A stretch of DNA of 64,000 nucleotides, from the IMG/VR virus record IMGVR_UViG_3300014208_000024, positions 128,001 through 192,000 of that record; one strand, written 5' to 3'. The stretch comes from a virus (lineage: Duplodnaviria; Caudoviricetes). The notes under the pieces are model-generated. The model saw only the letters and a list, made by a program, of their open reading frames with translations. It searched no databases and had not been told where the DNA came from. Positions 47,566 to 56,790 of the stretch are shown one piece after another; positions within the stretch are counted from its first letter, which is position 1; each line of letters opens with the position of its first letter. The translations under genes and the position numbers were made by a program.

Positions 47566-47591
47566 TATCAAATCAACTAATACAAAGAAAA

Positions 47592-48353
47592 ATGAAAAGG
47601 AGAGATCATGAAAGTAATAGAACTCAAATAAAAGATGAGTTAAAAAAAGAAGTTAAAGAATATAACAGTAGACCAAAATCAAAAATGTCAATAAAAAAAG
47701 AAGAAATAGAAAGAGCCAATATAGAATTAACTCAAAAACAACATGAGTTATATAAGGGAATTCGAAACAATATTTTTACACTAGTTCAAGGACCAGCAGG
47801 AACGTCAAAAACATTTACTGCTTGTTATACATCTCTTTGTTTGCTGGCCGATAGAAAAATAGAAAAAATAGTCTTAACAAAACCAATTCAAGAAAGTGGT
47901 GAAAACTTAGGGTTTCTACCTGGAAATGTTGATGAAAAGACAGCTCCATTTATGAGAAGCTATATGTCTAATTTTGAAAAAATAATTGGGAAACAAAGCG
48001 CAGAATTTTTAAAATCTTCTGGAGATATTTGTGTAGAACCACTTGCTTATATGAGGGGAGTCACATATGACAATTCAATAATTTTATTAGATGAGGCCCA
48101 AAATGCAACAATGAAACAATTGGTATTGTGGATCACTAGATTGGGAAAAAATTCAAAAGCAGTTGTAATGGGAGATATAAGTCAATATGACATAAAAAAG
48201 AAAGATTCAAAATTTTTAGATTTTATTGAAATGGTAAAAGGAATCAATGAAGTAAACACTTTTGAATTTACCTCTGAAGATATTGTTAGAAACAAATTTT
48301 TAATTGAAATTGTAGATAGATATGAACAATATAAATTAAAAGAAGGAAATTAA
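47592..48353 (+). CDS. phoH: PhoH-family ATPase
   Basis: GPAGTSKT, LGFLPG, AYMRGVT, ILLDEAQN, TRLG..SK.VVMGD.SQ. Start moved to ATG 47592, downstream of the promoter. Confidence 0.9.
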   Translation: MKRRDHESNRTQIKDELKKEVKEYNSRPKSKMSIKKEEIERANIELTQKQHELYKGIRNNIFTLVQGPAGTSKTFTACYTSLCLLADRKIEKIVLTKPIQESGENLGFLPGNVDEKTAPFMRSYMSNFEKIIGKQSAEFLKSSGDICVEPLAYMRGVTYDNSIILLDEAQNATMKQLVLWITRLGKNSKAVVMGDISQYDIKKKDSKFLDFIEMVKGINEVNTFEFTSEDIVRNKFLIEIVDRYEQYKLKEGN

Positions 48354-48385
48354 AACTATTTATAAAAACATTGAAATATAATAAT

Positions 48386-48559
48386 ATGGAAAATAATAAT
48401 CAAAAAAACAGGGGAGATGGTTTAATAGATCCACAAAAAGGTGGACAACCTGAAAAAAAACAACCAAAAAAGATTTCTACTAATCAAGACGGATTAATGG
48501 AAAGAGAACAGAACAAGGTTTTAACTGAAGATGGAAGAGAGCTTCTTAAAGAAAATTAA
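48386..48559 (+). CDS. Small hypothetical protein, 57 aa
   Basis: MENNNQK...KVLTEDGRELLKEN; CTATTTATA at 48356-48364; followed by terminator. Confidence 0.65.
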   Translation: MENNNQKNRGDGLIDPQKGGQPEKKQPKKISTNQDGLMEREQNKVLTEDGRELLKEN

Positions 48560-48563
48560 AATA

Positions 48564-48588
48564 AAAAACCGCCTTTTGAGCGGTTTTT
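48564..48588. terminator. Bidirectional terminator
   Basis: AAAAACCGC-N7-GCGGTTTTT. Confidence 0.8.
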
Positions 48589-48609
48589 TTATTTGTTTCT
48601 GTTTTAAGT

Positions 48610-49374
48610 TTATTCGTTAAAATCATTTTTTCTAATTCCAGAAAGAATTTGCATCCTTTTCTTTGTTGATTCGCTTACCAATTGGTCTGCTTTAGGAATT
48701 TCTGTTTTTCCATTATCAAAAGGAACGGCGTTTTTAGGTTTTTGTTCTTGAGCAACACTTGTTCCGTCTTGTTCTTTAACAACACCATCTTCTTCTTTGT
48801 TTTCTTTTTCGTCAATGTTTTCTTCTGGTTCATCAATTGGAACTTCTTCGGCAGGAACCTCTTCAGTTGGAATTTCTTCCACAGGAGCTTCTTCAGAATT
48901 TTCTCCACCCATTTTAGCATCAACAGTAGTTTCTATTTTATCCTCAATAGCATCAGCAAGTTTTGCAAGAATTGCTTCAATGTCCAAATCGCCTTCTAAA
49001 TTTTCATCGTCCCCAATAGGCATTTCATCACCAACAGGCATTTCATCACCAACAGGTATTTCATCACCCATTTCATCTCCTACAGGAGATATTTCTTCTT
49101 CTGGCTCATCTTCTTCTACTAAGTGACTTCCTTTTTTCTCAAATTTTGGTTGCCATTTTTTATCGCCATTTTTTTCACCAGTCCATCCAGTTGAACGAAC
49201 ACTTTCTTTTCCGCCAGTTGTTACTTCTTCTAAATCGTCCTCTGCAATGATTTGTTGCATTTCTTCATTTATTTTCTGAAGTCTGTTTTTCAACTTTATT
49301 TCAGTGAGTTTTTTGAAGTATTCCTCTTTTATCATTTGTTTAACTTCTTCTTTAGAAATTTTAATTTTTGCCAT
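48610..49374 (-). CDS. Acidic putative internal head/core protein
   Basis: KISKEEVKQMIKEE leader; E/D/P low complexity; LVSES..RMQILSGI tail like the scaffold's VYES..RRKVLAGI. Confidence 0.65.
   Translation of the reverse strand: MAKIKISKEEVKQMIKEEYFKKLTEIKLKNRLQKINEEMQQIIAEDDLEEVTTGGKESVRSTGWTGEKNGDKKWQPKFEKKGSHLVEEDEPEEEISPVGDEMGDEIPVGDEMPVGDEMPIGDDENLEGDLDIEAILAKLADAIEDKIETTVDAKMGGENSEEAPVEEIPTEEVPAEEVPIDEPEENIDEKENKEEDGVVKEQDGTSVAQEQKPKNAVPFDNGKTEIPKADQLVSESTKKRMQILSGIRKNDFNE
49021..49086 (-). repeat. Short tandem repeat encoding PVGDEM-like units
   Basis: tttcatcaccaacagg repeated at an 18-nt period. Confidence 0.75.
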
Positions 49375-49426
49375 AACTTTTTTGTTTTAAGTTTTCTATA
49401 AATAGTAAAAAAAAATGAAATTATAA

Positions 49427-50482
49427 TTATTTAACTTGACTTAGTAAATTTATTACTTTGTCATATTGTCCACCAATATAATCCATCTGTTTTTGATGTT
49501 CAGCTTGTGCAGCTGCCTTTTCAGCATTTACTTTATTTTGGTCTTCTGGACCTTGTTGTCCTGCAGAGTTTATATCAGAAACATATTGACCAACTTTTCC
49601 AACAACATTTTGTGCTGCACCTGCAACTTTTCCAGCAACGTTTCCAGCTGCATTTGCAACTTTTCCAGCAACATTACTAACACCTTTTGAAATATCACCA
49701 CCTACTTTTTTTGCTGCTCCTTTTAAGAAACCACCCAAACCTTCTTCTAAACCCTCTATTGTACCAACTTCTTCACCCTCTTCAAGTGTAACAACTGAAG
49801 GATTAGCTCCGCCGATATATTTATATCCAGCTTGAGATAAAATGTTTTGAATTTCTTTATAATCAATTTTACCATTTTGCATTGCCTTAGCTTTCGCCTG
49901 AGATAATAAAGATGTGATCTCTTGTTTTTTTGTTGCAATATCTTGAGATTGTCTTGTTTGTTGATATTGTTGTTGACCAGCTTCTTTTCCAGCCTTTACA
50001 GCCGCTTGTGCTCCAGTTTTAATGGCCTGATAACCTGCTTTTGTTTTATCCCATAAACCTTCATTTAAAGCTCCAACAGCATCTTGAATTTGTGCAAGTT
50101 GAGCTTTTAACTTTTCATTTTCATCCTTCAAAGATTGAATATCATTAATTTCAGAAGAGCTTTCAATTTCATTTTCATCTCCACCAAATTCCTCGATATC
50201 TTTTTCTAATTTTGGAAATTGGTCAAGTTCACAACCGCATTCTTCTCCTTCTGGTTTTTCTTCTTCATAATTTGAAGTAGTAACTAAACCCATAACTGGA
50301 CTTGGGCCTTCATAATTTTTAAAACCATGTCCAAGCATGGCGCCTGGATGTCCATATTCGTTTAATTTTTTAAGTTCTTTATTTATTTTTTGAGCCTCTT
50401 TAAAGAGTTCTTTTTTCCTTTTAATAGTTAAAGCTTCATTTAAGATAGCTTGTAAAATTTCATTCTGGCTAATTTTTTTCAT
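49427..50482 (-). CDS. Putative internal head protein
   Basis: KISQNEILQAILNE leader; repeated LxEG sites each followed by A/G/K/Q-rich helices. Confidence 0.65.
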   Translation of the reverse strand: MKKISQNEILQAILNEALTIKRKKELFKEAQKINKELKKLNEYGHPGAMLGHGFKNYEGPSPVMGLVTTSNYEEEKPEGEECGCELDQFPKLEKDIEEFGGDENEIESSSEINDIQSLKDENEKLKAQLAQIQDAVGALNEGLWDKTKAGYQAIKTGAQAAVKAGKEAGQQQYQQTRQSQDIATKKQEITSLLSQAKAKAMQNGKIDYKEIQNILSQAGYKYIGGANPSVVTLEEGEEVGTIEGLEEGLGGFLKGAAKKVGGDISKGVSNVAGKVANAAGNVAGKVAGAAQNVVGKVGQYVSDINSAGQQGPEDQNKVNAEKAAAQAEHQKQMDYIGGQYDKVINLLSQVK

Positions 50483-50511
50483 AATTCTTAAGAGTTATTT
50501 TTAGATAAATA

Positions 50512-50543
50512 TTTGAAAATTTTGTTTTTTTTTATTATCTTTA
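50512..50543 (+). promoter_or_regulatory. Bacteroidota-type promoter (variant) at head of glycan cluster
   Basis: TTTG(50512)-N20-TATCTTTA(50536). Confidence 0.45.
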
Positions 50544-50569
50544 CATAAATAGAAAAAAAAACATCAATA

Positions 50570-51370
50570 ATGATAAATTCAATAATTTTTAGTTTTGACA
50601 GAGCCGCTCAATTACACTTACTTTTAGAATCAATTGAAAAAAACGCAAAAAACATTTTTAACATCAGTGTTTTATATAAATCATCTAACGAAGAATTTGA
50701 AAAATCTTATTCTTTATTAGCATCAAGATTTATTAATATAAATTGGGTGCCAGAAACTAATTTTAAAGAACAAACTTTAAAATTATTAGATTCCAATTTA
50801 GATTACACTTGCTTTTTTACAGATGATGATATAATATATAATGGTGTAAAAGAGGAAGAAATCATTGATTGTTTAAAAGATAATGATATTTTTTGTTTTA
50901 GCTTAAGATTAGGATTTAATGTAAATGTTTGCTATTCCATGAAGTGTGAAAATGTTCTTATTCCAGACAAACAAGATCAAAAATTTGTTTGGTGGAACTG
51001 GGTAAAAAGTTATGCAGATTTTGGATATCCTTTATCGGTAGATGGTCACATTTTTAGAACTAAAGAAATTAAAAAATTAATTAGGGCAATAAATTTCCTT
51101 AATCCAAATACTTTAGAAGGGGGTTTACAAATTTTTGATAACTATCCTAAAGAAATTATGGTCGCATATAAAACAAGCTCTTTAGTTAATTCTCCTAATA
51201 ATATTGTTAATGAAACACATCCTAATAGAAAAGGAGAAAAATATAAATTTTTAGCAGAAGAATTAAATGAAATATATTTAAGTGGTAAAATAATAGATTA
51301 TAATTCGATAGATTTTTCTGACATAAAAGGATGTCATCAAGAATTAGATTTTAAATTTAAAAACATATAA
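50570..51370 (+). CDS. Putative GT-A glycosyltransferase
   Basis: IIFSFDRAAQL, CFFTDDDI, DFGYPLSVDGH. Confidence 0.65.
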   Translation: MINSIIFSFDRAAQLHLLLESIEKNAKNIFNISVLYKSSNEEFEKSYSLLASRFININWVPETNFKEQTLKLLDSNLDYTCFFTDDDIIYNGVKEEEIIDCLKDNDIFCFSLRLGFNVNVCYSMKCENVLIPDKQDQKFVWWNWVKSYADFGYPLSVDGHIFRTKEIKKLIRAINFLNPNTLEGGLQIFDNYPKEIMVAYKTSSLVNSPNNIVNETHPNRKGEKYKFLAEELNEIYLSGKIIDYNSIDFSDIKGCHQELDFKFKNI

Positions 51371-51371
51371 A

Positions 51372-52172
51372 ATGACCAAAATGTTGTCTCCAATTTTTGT
51401 TTCACCAGGATTTTCATCTGTTGAATATGATAAAAACTTAATTAAAATAATTGTTCCATTTTATAATGCTGAAAATTTTATTGAAAAAAGTATGATGTCC
51501 GCATTAACTCAAAAATATGAAGATTTTAAAGTTATTTTTATTGATGATGCATCAACAGATGGTTCATGGGAAAAGTTGCCACATGATAATGAAAAAGCAA
51601 TATGTATAAGAAATGATGTTAATTTAACCGCATTGCCAAATATACATAAAGCCATAATGGAGTATTGTAACCCAAATGATATTGTTGTTCTTTTAGATGG
51701 AGATGATTGGCTCCCAAATAATAAGGTTCTTCAATATATTAATGAGTTTTATTGTAAAAACGATTGTTGGATAATGTATGGACAAGCAACTTGGAGCAAT
51801 GGTCAAAAGGGGTGTGCTTATGAATATACAGAAGAAGAATTTAATCACTTGAGAAAATCTGCATTTAAGGTTTCTCACATAAGAACTTTTAGAGCTGGAT
51901 TATATCAAAAAATAAAAGAACAAGATTTTAATTTCTCATGTATGAAAGATAAAGATGGAAAGTGGTATAAAATGACATATGATGTGGGAATAATGTTTCC
52001 AATTATGGAAATGGCAGGCTATAATAAAATTAAATATAATGATAAATCACTTTACGTTTATAACTTCGAAAATCCAATCAGTGATCATAGAGTTAACCAA
52101 CAACTACAATGGGATATCCATAAAGAAATATCAAACAAACAACCTTTTAAAAAAATAGAAAGCTATCTATAA
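51372..52172 (+). CDS. GT2 glycosyltransferase with sheath-like N-terminal peptide
   Basis: IIVPFYNAE, FIDDASTDGS, LDGDDWL. Confidence 0.85.
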   Translation: MTKMLSPIFVSPGFSSVEYDKNLIKIIVPFYNAENFIEKSMMSALTQKYEDFKVIFIDDASTDGSWEKLPHDNEKAICIRNDVNLTALPNIHKAIMEYCNPNDIVVLLDGDDWLPNNKVLQYINEFYCKNDCWIMYGQATWSNGQKGCAYEYTEEEFNHLRKSAFKVSHIRTFRAGLYQKIKEQDFNFSCMKDKDGKWYKMTYDVGIMFPIMEMAGYNKIKYNDKSLYVYNFENPISDHRVNQQLQWDIHKEISNKQPFKKIESYL

Positions 52173-52915
52173 TGAACAATCATTTTACCATAGCAATAGA
52201 CACTTGTAATCACCAAGATTGGATTGAAAGGTGTTTAAATACGTGTTTAACACAGAAATATGATAATTATGAAGTTATCTTGGTAGATGCGATTTCTAAT
52301 GATAAAACTTTTGAAATTGCAAAAAAATATGAAAAAGAATTTAATATTTTAAAAACTTATCAAAATGAAATTAGAATTCCACAGGTTGCTAATTTTTTGT
52401 GGCTTGCAGAATTATCAAAACCGAAAACTATAATAGTTTCAATAGATGGGGACGATTGGTTAAAAAACAGCAAGGTTCTTCAAAAATTAAACAATGTATA
52501 CAACTCTGGTAATGTTTGGATGACTTATGGCACTTATGAAGAATATCCTTATAGAAGTGTTTCTCATATTTATAAACCTTATCCTGATGATGTTATAAAA
52601 AACAATTCATTTAGAGAATATCAATGGTTGGCATCCCATCTTAGAACTTTTAAAAGAGAGCTTATTTTAAAAATAAATAAAGACGATTGTAAAAGAGAAG
52701 ACGGAGAATGGCTTGACACAGCAGGAGATCAAGCTATAATGCTTCCAATGTTAGAAATGTCAGGAACAAGAAGTAGATATATCTCAGATGTTTTATATAT
52801 TTATAACGTAGCAAATCAACAAAGAGATGGAGCTATTAATGAACCAAGACAAGTGACTCTAGCAAATTATGTTAGGTCAAAGAAAAAATATAATGTAATT
52901 GAAACTTTAGAATAA
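52172..52915 (+). CDS. GT2 glycosyltransferase (paralog of upstream gene)
   Basis: LVDAISND, IDGDDWL, SHLRTF, DQAIMLPMLEMSG. Confidence 0.85.
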   Translation: MNNHFTIAIDTCNHQDWIERCLNTCLTQKYDNYEVILVDAISNDKTFEIAKKYEKEFNILKTYQNEIRIPQVANFLWLAELSKPKTIIVSIDGDDWLKNSKVLQKLNNVYNSGNVWMTYGTYEEYPYRSVSHIYKPYPDDVIKNNSFREYQWLASHLRTFKRELILKINKDDCKREDGEWLDTAGDQAIMLPMLEMSGTRSRYISDVLYIYNVANQQRDGAINEPRQVTLANYVRSKKKYNVIETLE

Positions 52916-53586
52916 TGGTTGTAGGAAATGGAATGTTAGCAAAAGCCTTTAAAATGTACGAAAACAACGGAGATGTTGTTATCTTTGCATCTGGCGTATC
53001 TAATTCTAAAGAAGAAAATATTTTTGAATATAAAAGAGAATTGAGTTTATTGAAAAAATATATAAATTCTAAAAAAATAATTTATTTTAGCACCATTAGT
53101 ATTTTTGATGAAAGTTTAAGTAGATTAAAATATATATCACACAAGTTAGAAGTAGAGAAATTTATAAAAGAAAATTGGCAAAATTATATAATTTTTAGAT
53201 TACCAAACGTTGTTGGAAAATCAGAAAACACAAATACGTCTTTTAATTTTTTTAAAGACAAAATTTTAAAAAATGAAGAAATACAAATACAAAAAAATGC
53301 CATTAGGTATTTTATAGATGTTGATGATTTATCAAATATTTTACCTATCATTATTTCAAAAGAAACTAAAAAAACAATAAATGTTTGTTTTGATAATAAA
53401 ATTTTTATAACTGAAATGATTTTGTTTTTTGAAGAATTATTAAAAATTAAAGCAAAAAAAACACTTATAGAGGGCGGAGAAAATTATGAAATTGATAATT
53501 ATTATTTTATGAATATAGTAAAAGAAAATAATATTATATTTAATAGTGAATATAACAAAAACTTAATTAAAAAATATTTATACTAA
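52915..53586 (+). CDS. NAD-dependent epimerase/dehydratase-like protein
   Basis: VVGNGML, IFASGVSNS, YFST, YxxxK (YISHK), FRLPNVVG. Confidence 0.75.
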   Translation: MVVGNGMLAKAFKMYENNGDVVIFASGVSNSKEENIFEYKRELSLLKKYINSKKIIYFSTISIFDESLSRLKYISHKLEVEKFIKENWQNYIIFRLPNVVGKSENTNTSFNFFKDKILKNEEIQIQKNAIRYFIDVDDLSNILPIIISKETKKTINVCFDNKIFITEMILFFEELLKIKAKKTLIEGGENYEIDNYYFMNIVKENNIIFNSEYNKNLIKKYLY

Positions 53587-53587
53587 T

Positions 53588-54469
53588 ATGCAAAAACCAT
53601 TTGTTTTTACAGAAGCATATGACTGCGGTTTGATTTTAAAAAAGTGTCTTGAATCATTTTTTAAATACCATCCAGATACAAAAGTTAATGTTTTTGGTAC
53701 TGCCAAAGACTTTAAAGAAGTAGGAAAATTCAAAAACATAGAGTATTTTGAAATGAGCGACGATAATGAACTTAAAGAATGTTTTAAACATGGTCATCTT
53801 GGAACTGCACATATTGGCACCAGGGTAATAAAGGAATTTTCTATTGGACATGACTACATAATTCATTTTGATAGTGATGTTATATTTAGAAAAGAATCTA
53901 TTTCTCTACTTACAAATAAAATAGAAGAAGGATATGATTTAATTGGACCAGTTAGGTGTTATAAAAATAATATGAATGGAAGAAAAGATTTGTCCGAATT
54001 GAAAGATATCACACAAACTTATTTTTATGCATTTAATAAAAATAAAATAAGCCAATATGATTTTAACACACTAAGACAAATGATTGTTGGATATTATAAT
54101 CCACTTAATCATCCAATTTTAGATTACTTTGATCCAGTTGGTTTTGATATTCTAAAAAATGACGGAAAAATATGCTTTTTAAATACAGACGAAGTTGGCG
54201 GATTAACAATAGATGGGAATAGAAAAAACAAATTTGAACAACTAAACAGTGATATGGATTTTGGAGAAAACTTAATGCATTTTGCTGGAGTAGGATCAGG
54301 AATGAAATTTTACTTCAAAGACAAAGGAACGGCACATCAATCATATGTTGATTGGGCAAAATCAAAATTTGCCTTATATTATAAGCTTTTTTATAATACT
54401 GATTTGAAAGATGTTTTAATCGATAATGAAAAATATGAATTACTAAAAAATTATTTAAATTATGAATGA
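53588..54469 (+). CDS. Putative GT-A glycosyltransferase
   Basis: IHFDSDVIF DxD motif; C-terminal HFAG. Confidence 0.6.
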   Translation: MQKPFVFTEAYDCGLILKKCLESFFKYHPDTKVNVFGTAKDFKEVGKFKNIEYFEMSDDNELKECFKHGHLGTAHIGTRVIKEFSIGHDYIIHFDSDVIFRKESISLLTNKIEEGYDLIGPVRCYKNNMNGRKDLSELKDITQTYFYAFNKNKISQYDFNTLRQMIVGYYNPLNHPILDYFDPVGFDILKNDGKICFLNTDEVGGLTIDGNRKNKFEQLNSDMDFGENLMHFAGVGSGMKFYFKDKGTAHQSYVDWAKSKFALYYKLFYNTDLKDVLIDNEKYELLKNYLNYE

Positions 54470-55346
54470 ATTGATAAATAAAATATTAAGTAAAAAGATA
54501 GATTATGAATATATAAAAAATGAAGATTCACATTTTTTATTATTTGATGAAGACCAGGATTTTGATATAAATGTAATAATTGGAACCAGAGGCAGAAAAG
54601 AGTTTTTAAATCCATTAATAGATAGCTTTAAAGAAGCAATAAAAAATACTGATAAAAAAATTTGTTTAACAATTATTAATCACGCTATTTTTCCAGAACA
54701 CTTAAAATATTGCAAGACAAATAAAATAAATTATATTTGGACAAAAGGAAACGAAGTTGAACAATATAGTAGAAGTTTTGTGTATAATTTTGGAGTAAAA
54801 TATGGAAATCAATCAAAATTTTATTTGCTCCATGATTTAGATATATTAGTAAAGAAAAATTTCTTCAAAGAATTATATAAAAACCTAAAAAATTATAAAT
54901 GTTTACAAACATATGGAAAAAGAAGGGTATTATATTTATCAGAAGAATTAACAAAAAAAATAATTTCTAAAGAAATTGATTATAACAATTTTGATGAAAA
55001 TTCTACAGGAGTTTCTTTGCCAATGTATAATGGTCACCCAGCACTAGGATCAAAAGGAGGTTCTATATTAATTGAAAAGGATCTATTTTTTAATGTTGGA
55101 GGATTTGATCCAGAATTATTTTGGGGATATGCAGCAGAAGATCAATTTTTTTGGGAAAAAGTTAACATTGTTTCGAATGTTGGATTTGCAGACGAACCTT
55201 CAATTGATTTATTTCATATGTGGCATCCCCCATCAGTATCTTCAAACCCTTTATTGTACGATATGGAAAAAGATTGGTTATGTTTTAAAAACATGAATCA
55301 AAATGAAAAAAAAGAAATTATAGAATTAAAAAAACAATTATTTTAA
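54462..55346 (+). CDS. GT2/GT7-like glycosyltransferase
   Basis: LHDLDIL, GGFDPELFWGYAAED, HMWHP. Confidence 0.75.
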   Translation: MNELINKILSKKIDYEYIKNEDSHFLLFDEDQDFDINVIIGTRGRKEFLNPLIDSFKEAIKNTDKKICLTIINHAIFPEHLKYCKTNKINYIWTKGNEVEQYSRSFVYNFGVKYGNQSKFYLLHDLDILVKKNFFKELYKNLKNYKCLQTYGKRRVLYLSEELTKKIISKEIDYNNFDENSTGVSLPMYNGHPALGSKGGSILIEKDLFFNVGGFDPELFWGYAAEDQFFWEKVNIVSNVGFADEPSIDLFHMWHPPSVSSNPLLYDMEKDWLCFKNMNQNEKKEIIELKKQLF

Positions 55347-55352
55347 ATTATT

Positions 55353-56021
55353 ATGGAATATAATTCAGAAAACAAATTAATCTTAAAAAATGTTACTCTT
55401 ATCGCTGTTTCATCTGTAAAATTAAGTGCCACAATAAAAGCGATAGAACACAGTATAAAAAACATTGAGTTTGGAAGTGTAAAATTAGTTACTGATGCAA
55501 ATTTAACACACGATAAAATAAAAATAGAAAAATGCAATAACATTTTCAGTTTGGATGAATATAGTAGGTTTATGATTTATGACTTAAATAAATATGTAGA
55601 CACAGATTTTGTTATAACAGTACAACATGACGGTTTTGTTGTAAATCCAGATAAATGGAAAAACGAGTTTCTAAATTATGATTATATCGGTGCACCATGG
55701 CCAGATAAGCTTTTTTATGATGATTTTGGAGAAATGATAAGAGTTGGAAATGGCGGATTTAGCTTAAGAAGTAAAAAATTATTAAATATTTTTTTAAAAC
55801 ACAATATTGAATGGCGATCATATAGAAACTATTGGAATGAAGATGGATTTATTTCAATGCACAATCTTCATTTTTTAAGAGATAATGGAGTTAAATTTCC
55901 AGATGTGAATCTTGCATATAAATTTTCAAGAGAATATAATTGTGATGAATTAGATAATTCAATAGAGCCATTTGGGTTTCACAACTACAGAGATAAAAAT
56001 TCACAATATCCTAGATTTTAA
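55353..56021 (+). CDS. DUF5672-like putative glycosyltransferase
   Basis: VQHDGFVVNP..W..FLNYDYIGAPW, VGNGGFSLRSKKLL, NEDG, PFGFH. Confidence 0.8.
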   Translation: MEYNSENKLILKNVTLIAVSSVKLSATIKAIEHSIKNIEFGSVKLVTDANLTHDKIKIEKCNNIFSLDEYSRFMIYDLNKYVDTDFVITVQHDGFVVNPDKWKNEFLNYDYIGAPWPDKLFYDDFGEMIRVGNGGFSLRSKKLLNIFLKHNIEWRSYRNYWNEDGFISMHNLHFLRDNGVKFPDVNLAYKFSREYNCDELDNSIEPFGFHNYRDKNSQYPRF

Positions 56022-56045
56022 AATATACTAATTAAAAAACAAAAA

Positions 56046-56780
56046 ATGGAAACTCAAGAATTTAAATATACCGACAGTTATAAAGCAGCTCAAACATATG
56101 AGCTTGCTTGTAATAATGATTTTGTAGAAAAAAACATAGATTGTATTAATGTTTTTAAAAAATTATTTGGTGACATAAAAGAATTTAAAAAAAATGGTTA
56201 TATTACAGATATATCAAAAGGATTTTCTTGGCAAACAATAATTGAAGAATTCTTTAAAGGATCTGTTAGTGATTTTTATGAATTTATAGAAAAAATAAAA
56301 TATAAAAACAATTTAGAAATAGGCTCTGGACCTTGTGGATTATTAAATTCATTATATTGGATTGAAAAAAGGAATATTATAGAACCTTTAATAAAAGAAT
56401 ATAAACAAAAACAAATAGAGTTATATGGTGAAACATTATTTGACAATTCAATTAATTTATATTCACAACCAGCAGAAATAATAATCCAAGAATTAATTAA
56501 TAACATTGATGGAGTTATTATTTGCAGAAATTGTCTTGATCATACTCAAGATTGGAAAATTATTGTAGAAAACATCAGTAAATATGCAGCATTGGGTTCG
56601 TATTTATTACTTTGGACCGATTTGTTTCACATAGGAACAGATGCTGGACATTTTAATATTACAAAGGATAAAAAATATTTTATAGAATATGTACAAAATT
56701 TAGGATATGAAATTATAAATGAATGGGAAATGTCGCAAAGGCAAGGTGTAAACATAGGTTTTATTGCAATAAAAATTTAA
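56046..56780 (+). CDS. Class I SAM-dependent methyltransferase
   Basis: LEIGSGPCG, IEPL, CRNCLDH. Confidence 0.75.
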   Translation: METQEFKYTDSYKAAQTYELACNNDFVEKNIDCINVFKKLFGDIKEFKKNGYITDISKGFSWQTIIEEFFKGSVSDFYEFIEKIKYKNNLEIGSGPCGLLNSLYWIEKRNIIEPLIKEYKQKQIELYGETLFDNSINLYSQPAEIIIQELINNIDGVIICRNCLDHTQDWKIIVENISKYAALGSYLLLWTDLFHIGTDAGHFNITKDKKYFIEYVQNLGYEIINEWEMSQRQGVNIGFIAIKI

Positions 56781-56790
56781 TTTTATTAAA

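Noticed and set aside
47496-47591. Hydrophobic N-terminal extension on PhoH (apparent membrane anchor)
   Set aside because: It is the AT-rich promoter region read in frame; the promoter at 47534-47565 lies inside it, so the start is 47592.
48675-49938. Several 60-109 aa overlapping or antisense ORFs
   Set aside because: Shadows of acidic low-complexity genes 48610..49374 and 49427..50482.
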